A stretch of 64,000 bases of DNA, from the NCBI RefSeq assembly GCF_003334765.1, contig NZ_QOWT01000002.1. One strand, given 5' to 3'. The translations under genes were made by a program, and so were the position numbers. The notes below the pieces were generated by a model. It made no database searches. It was not told the origin of the DNA and was given only the letters and a program-made list of their open reading frames with translations. Shown here piece after piece: positions 41,346 through 56,392 of this stretch. This DNA is from Escherichia coli (GTDB lineage Bacteria > Pseudomonadota > Gammaproteobacteria > Enterobacterales > Enterobacteriaceae). How positions within the stretch are numbered: the first letter of the stretch is position 1; each line of letters starts with the position of its first letter.

Positions 41346-42476
41346 ATGGCATATACCACCTTTTCACAGACGAAAAATGATCAGCTCAAAGAACCGATGT
41401 TCTTTGGTCAGCCGGTCAACGTGGCTCGCTACGATCAGCAAAAATATGACATCTTCGAAAAGCTGATCGAAAAGCAGCTCTCTTTCTTCTGGCGTCCGGA
41501 AGAAGTTGACGTCTCCCGCGACCGTATAGATTACCAGGCGCTGCCGGAGCACGAAAAACACATCTTTATCAGCAACCTGAAATATCAGACGCTGCTGGAT
41601 TCCATTCAGGGTCGTAGCCCGAACGTGGCGCTATTGCCGCTTATTTCTATTCCGGAACTGGAAACCTGGGTCGAAACCTGGGCGTTCTCAGAAACGATTC
41701 ATTCCCGTTCCTATACTCATATCATTCGTAATATCGTTAACGATCCGTCTGTTGTGTTTGACGATATCGTCACCAACGAGCAGATCCAGAAACGTGCGGA
41801 AGGGATCTCCAGCTATTACGATGAGCTGATCGAAATGACCAGCTACTGGCATCTGCTGGGCGAAGGTACCCACACCGTTAACGGTAAAACTGTGACCGTT
41901 AGCCTGCGCGAGCTGAAGAAAAAACTGTATCTCTGCCTGATGAGCGTTAACGCGCTGGAAGCGATTCGTTTCTACGTCAGCTTTGCTTGTTCCTTCGCAT
42001 TTGCAGAACGCGAATTGATGGAAGGCAACGCCAAAATTATTCGCCTGATTGCCCGCGACGAAGCCCTGCACCTGACCGGCACCCAGCATATGCTGAATCT
42101 GCTGCGCAGCGGCGCGGACGATCCTGAGATGGCGGAAATTGCCGAAGAGTGTAAGCAGGAGTGCTATGACCTGTTTGTTCAGGCAGCTCAACAGGAGAAA
42201 GACTGGGCGGATTATCTGTTCCGCGACGGTTCGATGATTGGTCTGAATAAAGACATTCTCTGCCAGTACGTTGAATACATCACCAATATCCGTATGCAGG
42301 CAGTCGGTTTGGATCTGCCGTTCCAGACGCGCTCCAACCCGATCCCGTGGATCAACACTTGGCTGGTGTCTGATAACGTGCAGGTTGCTCCGCAGGAAGT
42401 GGAAGTCAGTTCTTATCTGGTCGGGCAGATTGACTCGGAAGTGGACACCGACGATTTGAGTAACTTCCAGCTCTGA
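41346..42476 (+). CDS. nrdB: Ribonucleoside-diphosphate reductase 1 beta subunit
   Basis: Start trimmed to [20 protein letters not shown] (376 aa); the track's 5' extension is read-through of the BIME. Confidence 0.96.
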
Positions 42477-42730
42477 TGGCCCGCGTTACCCTGCGCATCA
42501 CTGGCACACAACTGCTGTGCCAGGATGAACACCCTTCCCTTCTGGCGGCGCTGGAATCCCACAATGTGGCGGTTGAGTACCAGTGTCGCGAAGGTTACTG
42601 CGGCTCCTGTCGCACACGCCTGGTTGCAGGTCAAGTTGACTGGATTGCCGAACCGTTAGCCTTTATTCAGCCGGGGGAAATTTTGCCCTGTTGTTGCCGG
42701 GCAAAAGGCGATATTGAAATCGAGATGTGA
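42476..42730 (+). CDS. yfaE: 2Fe-2S ferredoxin for NrdB cofactor maintenance
   Basis: 84 aa ORF; 1-nt overlap with nrdB stop; Cys motif CREGYCGSC...CC. Confidence 0.9.
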   Translation: MARVTLRITGTQLLCQDEHPSLLAALESHNVAVEYQCREGYCGSCRTRLVAGQVDWIAEPLAFIQPGEILPCCCRAKGDIEIEM

Positions 42731-42734
42731 ATTG

Positions 42735-42783
42735 GTTGTAGTGCCAGATACAACGCTTATGCGTCTTATCTGGCCTACAACGA
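42735..42783. repeat. Degenerate REP-like palindromic unit
   Basis: gccagatacaacgcttatgcgtcttatctggcctac between convergent yfaE and inaA. Confidence 0.5.
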
Positions 42784-43434
42784 TTACATGGCGTAGTAAT
42801 ACGCTTTCACCTGCTCCCAGTCCGCTTTGGGGATTGGCTCCAGATATTTTTCCAGCTGGCGGAAGTCATGATTAATCGCTTTATCGCGACGCAAGCGGCG
42901 ACGACTTTTCTCCAGGTCAAGAAAACCAGCTTCTGCATTACCTTCTGTTTTCACATAGATATGGCGAACATAACAACAGCCATGCTGACGATTAATGCTA
43001 TGCATTTTCTTAAACGCCAGCGCCACTGCTTTCAACATGGCTTGCCGTACTTCGTCAGAATAAGGCGATACTGCATGCTGGGCATACCAGTCAGCAATGC
43101 TGATGAACCCCGCCATATCTTCAGTCACCAGCAACGCTCGCCATTCACCCTCAATTTTCACCGCTTCACCAAAAACGATCTTCGGCACGATGACACCGGC
43201 CCGTTCCAGTTCTTTAATTACCGCAACCTCACGGACAATCGTTGGTCGGCCGAACGGATAACGTACGGAATGAAACAGATGATGCGTCATGCGCTTTACA
43301 TACAGCTTTTTGCCGTTGCGCTCGACGCATTGCACCCCGCTCATACCATTACGGCGATAGTTAGGCTCTTCAACCCAGTCGCCCTCTGTTGCCCACCAGT
43401 GATTAAATTCGTCGTACTTTGCTGAAACTGCCAT
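42784..43434 (-). CDS. inaA: Acid-inducible Kdo/WaaP-family kinase-like protein
   Basis: 216 aa ORF MAVSAKYDEFNHWWATEGDWVEEPNYRRNGMSGVQ... Confidence 0.88.
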   Translation of the reverse strand: MAVSAKYDEFNHWWATEGDWVEEPNYRRNGMSGVQCVERNGKKLYVKRMTHHLFHSVRYPFGRPTIVREVAVIKELERAGVIVPKIVFGEAVKIEGEWRALLVTEDMAGFISIADWYAQHAVSPYSDEVRQAMLKAVALAFKKMHSINRQHGCCYVRHIYVKTEGNAEAGFLDLEKSRRRLRRDKAINHDFRQLEKYLEPIPKADWEQVKAYYYAM

Positions 43435-43648
43435 ACCCTATCGCCTGTCATTTTTATTAACGACAATGACTATAGGTGGTTACCTGAGGAAAATCTTAAT
43501 GAAACGTGTCGTATTAATGAATTTCTTTTGCCACTACTAGCTTGACACCGCTTTTACCCTTCATTTGCAGCGCATAGATTCCACCAGCCACTACCACTAA
43601 TAGTGCGCCCAGCAGATAAAATGTGAATTTAATCAGGCGGATACAGCG

Positions 43649-43855
43649 ATGAATTTTATTCGACAGGGATTAGGCATCGCCTTACAACCAGAGTTAACGC
43701 TGAAAAGCATTGCAGGTGAATTGTGTTCCGTTCCTCTCGAACCAACTTTCTATCGACAGATTTCGTTGCTGGCTAAAGAAAAGCCGGTAGAAGGCAGTCC
43801 ACTGTTTTTACTACAAATGTGCATGGAACAATTAGTGGCGATTGGAAAAATTTGA
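43649..43855 (+). pseudogene. yfaH: LysR-family regulator remnant (C-terminal co-inducer domain only)
   Basis: 68-codon ORF with LysR C-terminal-like sequence; no room upstream for an N-terminal HTH domain before inaA. Confidence 0.6.
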
Positions 43856-43863
43856 TATGAGAC

Positions 43864-43886
43864 AGGATGGCGCATGAACGCCATCC
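43864..43886. terminator. Stem-loop between yfaH remnant and glpQ 3' end (likely glpQ terminator)
   Basis: aggatggcgCATGAAcgccatcct perfect 9-bp stem, 11-33 nt past glpQ stop. Confidence 0.6.
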
Positions 43887-43896
43887 TGCAGTAACA

Positions 43897-44973
43897 TTAC
43901 TCTTTATTAAGAAATTTTACTGCCTTATCAGGGAAATCAGTAAACAGCCCATTTACACCCGCTTTGTTATACAGAGCATCATATAACTGATTCACATCAG
44001 GAGTGTATTCAGGCAGTTTATCTGACCGCACGGTATAAGGATGCACTACCAGTTTATTCTGCTGAGCATCTTGCACCATGCCAGTGAGTTTGATATTACC
44101 CGGCTGCGATGTCTCCTCAATCAACATATGGTAATCCGGACCAATACCATCTGCATATTCCGCCACCTGTTTCATGGCACCCGGCTTAAACATCCAGTCG
44201 TAGTTGTAATTAACCCAGCTTCCATCCGGCTGTTTCTGCTGCGTTTCATTCCAGTCGGTATAGGCAATCAGCTGTACCAGATTGAGCTCCATGCCCATTT
44301 TGGGTTCCAGCTCATTCTTAATACGCTTCAGCTCATCAGCATCAAAACATTGCAAATAAACTTTATCGTCTTTACCGGTGTAACCATATTTCTTCAGCAC
44401 TTCCAGCGTTTTTGCCGCAATATCCTTCCCTTCCTGATGATGGAACCACGGCGCTTTGATTTCTGGATAAATACCGATATTTTTCCCGGTAGAGTGATTT
44501 AACCCCTGAACAAATTCAATCTCTTCTTCAAAGGTGTGCACCCGGAAGTCGGACTTACCCATTGGGAAACGCCCCGGATAAGTCTGCACTTTTTTACCGT
44601 TTTCAATATCGAAACCTTCGGTAAATTTCAACGACTTAATTTCATCCAGCGTGAAATCTATCGCGTAGTAACGACCGTCTTTGCGCGCCCGATCCGGGAA
44701 ACGATCGGCAACATCAGTAACACGATCGAGGTAATGGTCATGCAGAACAACCAGATTGTCGTCTTTGGTCATCACCAAATCCTGTTCCAGATAATCCGCT
44801 CCCTGCGCATACGCCATCGCTTTTGCTGGCAGCGTATGCTCCGGCAAATATCCACTGGCACCGCGATGGGCGATGACTATTTTTTCGTTGCTGTCCGCCG
44901 CCATTGCACTGCTTCCCATGACTATAGTGCTCATCATGATCGCCATGCTAAGGTTTTTCAGCGTCAATTTCAT
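43897..44973 (-). CDS. glpQ: Periplasmic glycerophosphodiester phosphodiesterase
   Basis: Start trimmed to MKLTLKNLSMAIMMSTIVMGSSAMA (358 aa); HRGASGYLPEHT catalytic motif. Confidence 0.93.
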   Translation of the reverse strand: MKLTLKNLSMAIMMSTIVMGSSAMAADSNEKIVIAHRGASGYLPEHTLPAKAMAYAQGADYLEQDLVMTKDDNLVVLHDHYLDRVTDVADRFPDRARKDGRYYAIDFTLDEIKSLKFTEGFDIENGKKVQTYPGRFPMGKSDFRVHTFEEEIEFVQGLNHSTGKNIGIYPEIKAPWFHHQEGKDIAAKTLEVLKKYGYTGKDDKVYLQCFDADELKRIKNELEPKMGMELNLVQLIAYTDWNETQQKQPDGSWVNYNYDWMFKPGAMKQVAEYADGIGPDYHMLIEETSQPGNIKLTGMVQDAQQNKLVVHPYTVRSDKLPEYTPDVNQLYDALYNKAGVNGLFTDFPDKAVKFLNKE

Positions 44974-44977
44974 GCCA

Positions 44978-46336
44978 TTAGCCTCCGTTGCGTTCTTGCA
45001 GTAATTGTTCATGGCGACGTTTTTCGCCAATCATCACAACAATCAACAAGATAACCGCCAGAATGCTGCCGCCAATCATTACCATAAAGCCGCCATCCCA
45101 GCCGAAGAAGTCCACGGTGTAGCCAACAATCGCGCTCGCCGCCACCGAACCGCCCAGGTAACCAAACAGCCCGGTAAAGCCCGCTGCCGTACCTGCCGCT
45201 TTTTTCGGTGCCAGTTCCAGCGCATGCAGACCGATCAGCATCACAGGACCGTAGATCAGGAAGCCGATAACAATCATACAAATCATATCGACGGTTGGGT
45301 TACCTGCCGGGTTCATCCAGTAAACGATAGTCGCGATGGTCACCAGTGTCATAAAGAAAACGCCGGTTGCCCCACGGTTGCCACGGAAGACTTTATCCGA
45401 CATCCAGCCGCACAGCAGAGTGCCCGGAATACCTGCATATTCATAAAGGAAGTAGGCCCAGGAGGATTTATCTAGCGCGAAATGCTTAACCTCTTTCAGA
45501 TAAGTCGGTGACCAGTCGAGGATGCCGTAACGCAGCAGATAAACGAACACGTTGGCGATGGCGATATACCACAGCAGTTTGTTCGGCAGTACGTACTGCA
45601 TGAAGATTTGCTTCGCCGTCAGCTCCTGTTCCGCTTTTTCGTTATAGTCGTCCGGATAATCATTTTTGTACTCTTCGATCGGCGGCAAGCCACAGGATTG
45701 CGGGGTATCGCGCATCATCGCAAAGGCGAATAATGCCACCAGAATGGCGCAGAAAGCAGGCATATAGAGCGCCGCATGCCAGTCATTGAACCAGGCCATC
45801 CCCAGCAGGAACAGCAGCGGCGGAATACCACCACCGACGTTGTGCGCACAGTTCCACACTGACACAATGCCGCCACGTTCTTTCTGCGACCACCAGTGCA
45901 CCATAGTACGACCACACGGCGGCCACCCCATCCCCTGGAACCAACCGCAGAGGAACAACAGTACAAACATCACCGCAATGCTCGACGTCGCCCATGGCAC
46001 AAAGCCCATAAACAACATCACTGCCGCCGCCAGAATCAAACCTGCGGGCAGGAAAACGCGCGGATTCGAGCGATCCGATACCGAACCCATGATGAATTTC
46101 GAAAATCCATAAGCAATCGAGATCCCCGAAAGGGCAAAACCTAAATCACCGCGTGAGAATCCCTGCTCAACCAGATAAGGCATAGCAAGCGCAAAGTTCT
46201 TACGAACCAAATAGTAAGCCGCATAGCCAAAGAATATCCCCAGGAAAATTTGCCAGCGCAATCGACGATAAGTCGGATCGATCTCCGCGGCAGGTAAGCG
46301 CGCTTTGTGTGGCGCTGGTTTAAAAATACTCAACAT
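44978..46336 (-). CDS. glpT: Glycerol-3-phosphate:phosphate antiporter (MFS)
   Basis: 452 aa [51 protein letters not shown]... Confidence 0.95.
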
Positions 46337-46446
46337 TGATAGCCTCCGTGGCCCGTGGTCTTATTTATGATTAACAGCCTGATTCAGTGAGAGAACCTGC
46401 CGTTTCTTGAGTTGCCGCGATGTTAAGAAAACATTCATAAATTAAA

Positions 46447-46462
46447 TGTGAATTGCCGCACA
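46447..46462. promoter_or_regulatory. CRP site in glpTQ/glpABC divergent control region
   Basis: TGTGAattgccGCACA (TGTGA-N6-NCACA) in the 272 bp intergenic region, which also carries repeated ttcg/cgaa half-sites resembling GlpR operators (46480-46570). Confidence 0.55.
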
Positions 46463-46608
46463 CATTATTAAATAAGATTTACAAAATGTTCAAAATGACG
46501 CATGAAATCACGTTTCACTTTCGAATTATGAGCGAATATGCGCGAAATCAAACAATTCATGTTTTTACTATGGCTAAATGGTAAAAAACGAACTTCAGAG
46601 GGATAACA

Positions 46609-50673
<4,065 letters not shown>

Positions 50674-50684
50674 ACTCCTTTCTG

Positions 50685-50719
50685 ATGCCCGGTAAGCATG
50701 TGGTTACCGGGCATTTTTG
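50685..50719 (+). terminator. Rho-independent terminator of glpABC
   Basis: atgcccggtaaGCATGTGGttaccgggcat followed by ttttg, 12 nt past glpC stop. Confidence 0.8.
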
Positions 50720-50865
50720 CGTACACGATTCCGTGCCCAATGTATGCGTTGCAACGCAGTGAAAATTCCTCTGAAAACGTCTCGCAAAGGCTGAAACTGG
50801 CAGATGTCAAAGGCCTGGGATAACCGTAATGTCGCGTCATCATAAATATCAGGTGACGGACAACC

Positions 50866-51765
50866 ATGACCGAATCAACAACCTCCTCCCCGCATGATGC
50901 GGTATTTAAAACCTTTATGTTCACACCCGAAACCGCACGGGATTTTCTCGAAATACATTTACCAGAACCACTGCGCAAGCTTTGCAACCTGCAAACCTTA
51001 CGCCTGGAACCCACTAGTTTTATTGAAAAAAGTTTACGCGCTTACTACTCGGATGTTTTGTGGTCCGTGGAAACCAGCGACGGTGACGGCTATATCTACT
51101 GCGTGATTGAACATCAAAGCTCTGCAGAAAAGAATATGGCTTTTCGGCTAATGCGCTATGCCACTGCCGCCATGCAGCGTCACCTGGACAAAGGCTATGA
51201 CAGAGTCCCGCTGGTGGTGCCGTTGCTGTTTTATCATGGCGAAACCTCGCCTTACCCGTACTCACTCAACTGGCTGGATGAGTTTGACGATCCGCAACTT
51301 GCCCGGCAGTTGTACACCGAAGCTTTTCCGTTGGTGGATATCACCATCGTACCTGACGATGAGATCATGCAACATCGGCGTATAGCTCTGCTGGAACTGA
51401 TTCAAAAGCATATTCGCGACCGCGATTTAATCGGCATGGTCGACAGGATCACCACGCTTTTGGTTAGAGGCTTCACTAATGACAGCCAGCTACAAACACT
51501 GTTTAATTATCTGCTGCAATGCGGCGATACCTCCCGTTTCACCCGTTTTATTGAGGAGATTGCCGAACGTTCACCACTACAAAAGGAGAGATTAATGACT
51601 ATTGCTGAACGGCTACGGCAGGAAGGGCATCAAATTGGCTGGCAGGAAGGTATGCATGAACAAGCCATTAAAATTGCTTTGCGCATGCTGGAGCAGGGCT
51701 TTGAACGTGAGATTGTGCTGGCGACAACCCAACTCACTGATGCTGATATTCCGAACTGTCATTAA
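50866..51765 (+). CDS. rpnE: Rpn (YhgA-like, PD-(D/E)XK transposase_31 family) recombination-promoting nuclease
   Basis: 299 aa [39 protein letters not shown]...; recognised as YfaD/RpnE. Confidence 0.85.
   Translation: MTESTTSSPHDAVFKTFMFTPETARDFLEIHLPEPLRKLCNLQTLRLEPTSFIEKSLRAYYSDVLWSVETSDGDGYIYCVIEHQSSAEKNMAFRLMRYATAAMQRHLDKGYDRVPLVVPLLFYHGETSPYPYSLNWLDEFDDPQLARQLYTEAFPLVDITIVPDDEIMQHRRIALLELIQKHIRDRDLIGMVDRITTLLVRGFTNDSQLQTLFNYLLQCGDTSRFTRFIEEIAERSPLQKERLMTIAERLRQEGHQIGWQEGMHEQAIKIALRMLEQGFEREIVLATTQLTDADIPNCH
51595..51765 (+). CDS. Candidate intragenic small protein (RpnS-like tail, 56 aa) translated in-frame from inside rpnE
   Basis: In-frame ATG preceded at 7 nt by AAGGAGAG; identical SD-ATG context drives the downstream ypaA copy. 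Expression not demonstrable from sequence. Confidence 0.45.
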   Translation: MTIAERLRQEGHQIGWQEGMHEQAIKIALRMLEQGFEREIVLATTQLTDADIPNCH

Positions 51766-51777
51766 AAGGAGAGATTA

Positions 51778-51963
51778 ATGACTATTGCTGAACGGCTGCG
51801 GCAGGAAGGACATCAAATTGGCTGGCAGGAAGGTAAATTAGAAGGTTTGCATGAACAAGCCATTAAAATTGCTTTGCGCATGCTGGAACAGGGCTTTGAT
51901 CGTGACCAGGTGCTCGCGGCCACCCAGCTAAGCGAAGCCGATCTGGCAGCGAATAACCACTAA
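51778..51963 (+). CDS. ypaA: Stand-alone Rpn C-terminal-tail homologue (61 aa)
   Basis: [40 protein letters not shown]... closely matches last 56 aa of rpnE; own SD AAGGAGAG. Confidence 0.8.
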   Translation: MTIAERLRQEGHQIGWQEGKLEGLHEQAIKIALRMLEQGFDRDQVLAATQLSEADLAANNH

Positions 51964-52003
51964 TTAACACAGGCCCACAGCCGATCCCCATGGGCCTTTG
52001 ATA

Positions 52004-52807
52004 TCAATAACTACCTTTTATGCGTGGCCCATTTTTGCCTGATTTAAACATCGCCAGTCGTTGATCCAGGGCATCGCTGTAGAGCATCGTGTCAACGCCA
52101 ACAGCGACAAAGTTCGCTCCCCACGCCAGGCATTGCTGCGCCATATCAGGAGCCACAGCCAGAAAACCAGCCGCTTTACCCGCAGCACGGATCCGCCGAA
52201 TACTGGTTTCAATAATTCGCTGCACTTCCGGGTGCCCGGCGTTATCCGGGTAGCCCAACGACGCAGAAAGATCCGCAGGTCCAATAAACACGCCATCAAT
52301 CCCTTCGACGTCGAGGATTTCGTCCAGGTTATCCAGTGCCGTTTTACTTTCCACCTGCACCAACAGACAAAGCGAATCGTTAACTTGCGCCATGTAATTC
52401 TCAATGCGTCCCCAGCGCGCAGCCCGTGCCACACTGGCCCCGACACCACGCTCACCGTAGGGAGGATAGCGCGTGGCAGACACCACCTGACGTGCCTGTT
52501 CGGCAGTATCGACCATCGGGATCAGTAGAGTTTGCGCGCCAATATCCAGGACTTGTTTAATCAGCGGTTTACTGCCTTCCACCGGACGGATCACGGGTTG
52601 GCTGGCATAGGGCGCTACCGCCTGTAGCTGATGATAAAGATCCTGAATGGTGTTTGGCGCGTGCTCCCCGTCAATCAGCAACCAGTCATAACCAGAAGTG
52701 GCGGCAATTTCTGCCATATAGGCAGTCGTTGAGCTTAACCACAGACCAATTTGCACTTCGCCCTTGCGTAAACGTTCTTTAAAGGGATTGCTTAATAATG
52801 CGTTCAT
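52004..52807 (-). CDS. rhmA: 2-keto-3-deoxy-L-rhamnonate aldolase
   Basis: Start trimmed to [24 protein letters not shown] (267 aa); HpcH/HpaI aldolase family. Confidence 0.9.
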
Positions 52808-52824
52808 CGTGTTCCTTAACCTAT

Positions 52825-54114
52825 TTAATGATGTGCCACGTCGGTCTGCGCAACAGTGCGATTTACACGCAGAGTGAAAATAATCAGCGAACCGATGACC
52901 GCCACCGCTGCCAGCGTCAGTAATCCCGCCGCATCGCTGGCAAATAACGTTTCTGCTTTCACGCGCAGGATCGGGGCAATAAACCCGCCCACTGCACCAA
53001 ACAGGTTTACAAAACCAATTCCCGCAGCCAGCGCCGTACCGGAAAGCAGTTGTGTCGGCATCGTCCAGAACACTGGCTGCACGGCAATAAACCCGATAGC
53101 TGCAACACACAGCGCTACGATCGCCATTACTGGAGAAAGCAGCCCGGACAGACCAATACCAATGCCCGCCGCCAGTAATGTCAGCGCTGCGACATTACGC
53201 CGTTCGCCGGTTTTATCGGAATAGCGCGGAATAAGCCAGGTCCCAAACAAGGCCGCAACCCACGGAATGGCGGTGACCACCGACGCTGTAAAGCCCACTT
53301 TTGTTCCCAGCAATGCCGCAACCTGGGTCGGCAGGAAGAAAATTAATCCGTAAACCGCCACCTGAATGGTCAGGTAGATAATCGCTAGTTGCCAGACTCG
53401 GCCATTACGCAGCGCATCGCTCAGCCGAGAAGTCACTTTCTGTTGTTCTTCACTTGCCAGTTGATTGATAAGCAACGTTTTTTCTTGTTTACTCAGAAAA
53501 CGTGCCTGCTCCGGTGTGTCATCAAGCCAAAAGAATGTGAATACCCCAGCACCGACTGCCAACAATCCTTCAATCACAAACATCCAGAACCAGCCGGGAT
53601 GCCCCATAAATCCATGCATCTCCAACAGCGCGCCGGAAAGCGGTGATCCCAGTGTTAACGCCAGCGGTGCGCCCATATAGAACAGCCCCATAATGCTGGC
53701 GCGATTACGCTGCGGAAACCATTGCGAGGTGAGATAAATCATACCAGGGAAAAATCCGGCCTCCGCAGCACCAAGCAGAGTGCGAACTATCAGAAATTTC
53801 GCTTCAGTATCGGCCCATGCCATGGCTGCCGAAAGAAATCCCCACAGCAGTGTTGTCGTACCAATCCAGGTTCTGGCCCCCAGTTTGCGCATCAAAAGAT
53901 TCGCCGGAACACCCAGAAACGCATATACCACAAAGAAAATGCCTGCTCCCAGCGCATAAGCTTCATTACTCAACCCGGTATCAATCTGGTAGGTCTGTTT
54001 GGCAAAACCGATATTCGAACGGTCGAGAAACGCCAGCACATACAGCGCCAACATAAACGGAATTAAACGCACACGGTTTTTCTTCACCACGGCGTCAAGC
54101 AAAGCGGTGCTCAT
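52825..54114 (-). CDS. rhmT: L-rhamnonate transporter (MFS)
   Basis: Start trimmed to [24 protein letters not shown] (429 aa); 12-TM MFS pattern. Confidence 0.88.
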
Positions 54115-54170
54115 AAAAAGCTCCTTAGAATATGTGGGCGTTACCGTTGTCACAGCAACGCCCGGAGTGA

Positions 54171-55376
54171 TTAGTGGCTGTAGGGGCGTTTCAAATTGCA
54201 GTCACGATTGAGTTCGACGCCAAAACCGGGTTTATCAAGCACTGATTTATGAATACGACCATTCACCGGAACCGGCTCATTGAGCAGAATCGGGTCAAAC
54301 TGCGGACGCATCGTTGAACAATCCGGGCTGGTCATCAGGAATTCGCTGAATGGCGTATTGGTGAAGGTGATCACCGCATGGTGAGAGTAAACAGACGAAC
54401 CGTGCGGCACCACCAGTTGCCCCCTGGATTTGGCGATTGCGGCAATTTCCACCAGCGTGGTTAAACCACCGCACCAGCCAACATCCGGCTGCATAATGTC
54501 GATACCGGTTTCTGAAAGCGTACGAAAAGATTGCAGTGTGCCGTGGTGCTCACCGCTGGTGACCATCATTCCGACTGGCGCGTTGCGTTTCAGTTCGCGA
54601 TAACTTTCATACTGCTGTGGCGGCAGGCACTCTTCGATCCATTTCAGGTTATAGGGCGCGCAAGCGTGGGCCAGTTTGGTCGCATAGTTCACGTCCTGAC
54701 TCATCCAGCAGTCGAGCATTAACCAGAAATCCTCACCGCATTTTTCACGCATATCCGCGACCATAGCGGCATCTTTGCGGATCCCCGCATCGCCATCATG
54801 TGGCCCCCAGTGCGTCGGCATTTTGCCACCGATAAAGCCCATCTCTTTTGCCAGATCCGGACGCGCACCTGTGGCGTAGAACTGAATCTCATCACGAACA
54901 GCGCCGCCTAAAAGTTTATAAACCGGAAGCCCGACCACTTTGCCGAACAGATCCCACAGAGCCAGATCGACACAAGAAATCGTATTCATCACCAGGCCAC
55001 CAGAGCCGGAGTAATACAGGGTGGCACTGAGCATTTGATCGTGGATCAGTTTGATATCACTGACACATTTACCCTCAATGAAACGGTTAAGATGTTTTTC
55101 GACAATAAAACAGCCCATTTCACCGGCTGTCGAAACGGCGAATCCGGTCTGGCCGTTTTCTGCTTCGACTTCAACAACCAACGTGCCAAGAACGTTAATG
55201 CCAAATGACTGGCGTGACTGCTCGTAATCGCGGTATTTACTCATCGGGGTGGCAATATGATCGTCTATCCAGTGATTCGCCCCCTGGTCGTGATAATCAC
55301 CGCCGCCAGCGCCTTTTTCTGCTGTCGCACCGCCAGTAAACCAGGCGCGAACCTGTTTAATTTTTGGTAGGGTCAT
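54171..55376 (-). CDS. rhmD: L-rhamnonate dehydratase (enolase superfamily)
   Basis: Start trimmed to [36 protein letters not shown] (401 aa). Confidence 0.9.
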
Positions 55377-55390
55377 GATGTTCTCCATTG

Positions 55391-56173
55391 TTATGAGGCT
55401 TGTAAGTCAAAGGGACTTTTCCATCCCAACAGACGTGAAATATCCCTGGCGCAGGCAATGGCCTTGCCCGCCAGATAATCACGGTATTCTTCATTGATTT
55501 GTAAGCGGGTACCGACCACCGAGATCGCAGCGGTAAGCTCGTTATTGGCGTTAAACACCGGCGCAGCGACACAACGGACATCGGCGTAATCTTCGCCGTT
55601 GTCATAGCTCCAGCCCTGACGGCGAATACGCGCCAGTTCTTCGTGAAGTTGCTGTGGATGAGTAATCGTTGTGGGTGTCGCCTGCTCCCAGACCAGCCCT
55701 TCGATAATACTTTGCTGTACCGCTGCAGGTTGCCAGGCAAGCAGGCATTTACCTATTCCGGAGCGATAAAGCGAAAGGCTTTTTCCTTCATGGGAACGCA
55801 CGCTGATAGTGGCTGATGACTCCACTTTCAAAATGTAATAAGCGCTGCCGTTATCAATAATCCCCAGGTGACATAACAGCCCGGTGGTATCCATCAGTTG
55901 CGTCAAACGCGGTCGAGCCAGTTCCCGGAGATCCATCTTGCTTAACGCATGACCGGAAAGCTCCACCAGCCTGGTCCACAAACAAAAATTTTCCTGGTGA
56001 TCAAGGCTAAGAAAACGCTGACGCCTGAGTTCATTAAGCAGCAAATAGGCCGTGCTTTTAGGGATTCCCAATGTGTCAATGATCGTCGCAGCACTACAGG
56101 GGCCAATGCGGGCAATCAAATTGAGAATATCAATAGCCCGTGTCAGGGCGGGAACTTTGCTTGATTCCAACAT
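55391..56173 (-). CDS. rhmR: IclR-family transcriptional regulator of rhm operon
   Basis: 260 aa ORF; N-terminal IclR HTH, C-terminal effector domain. Confidence 0.88.
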
Positions 56174-56360
56174 ACTGGACTCCAGTCTTAGATACTGGAA
56201 TCAGTCTCGTTGCTCAGGGGGAGTAAAATTGTGAAGCGCATCAAATCCCGCTCCTCGTCCAGCAGACTGGAGAAATTACGCACAAATTTGTGAATCAGCG
56301 CACGGATTTTTTCTTATTGAGTACAACAGGTTGGACAAATTTTGCCGGAGGGGGAATGTG

Positions 56361-56385
56361 CCGGTGCAGTAAACCGGCACAGAGT
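56361..56385 (-). terminator. Stem-loop just downstream of yfaY stop
   Basis: gtgccggtGCAGTAAaccggcac 8-bp perfect stem; weak U-tract, so terminator role uncertain. Confidence 0.4.
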
Positions 56386-56392
56386 GGCGGAA

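Larger units (their letters stand above)
51581..51963 (+). repeat. Tandem direct duplication (~185 bp unit x2) of the rpnE 3' end
   Basis: aaaaggagagattaatgactattgctgaacggct[a/g]cggcaggaagg[g/a]catcaaattggctggcaggaaggt... occurs at 51581 and 51763; copy 2 has a 12-nt insertion (KLEG) and diverged 3' end. Confidence 0.9.

Noticed and set aside
50866..51963. Possible IS element or transposon (transposase_31-like gene)
   Set aside because: No terminal inverted repeats or target-site duplication found; the repeat present is a tandem duplication of the gene's own 3' end. Fits Rpn chromosomal nucleases better than a mobile element.
52808..53110. Upstream extension of rhmA ORF overlapping rhmT
   Set aside because: The recognised RhmA N-terminus MNALLSNPF begins at 52807; the extension is read-through into the rhmT 3' end.
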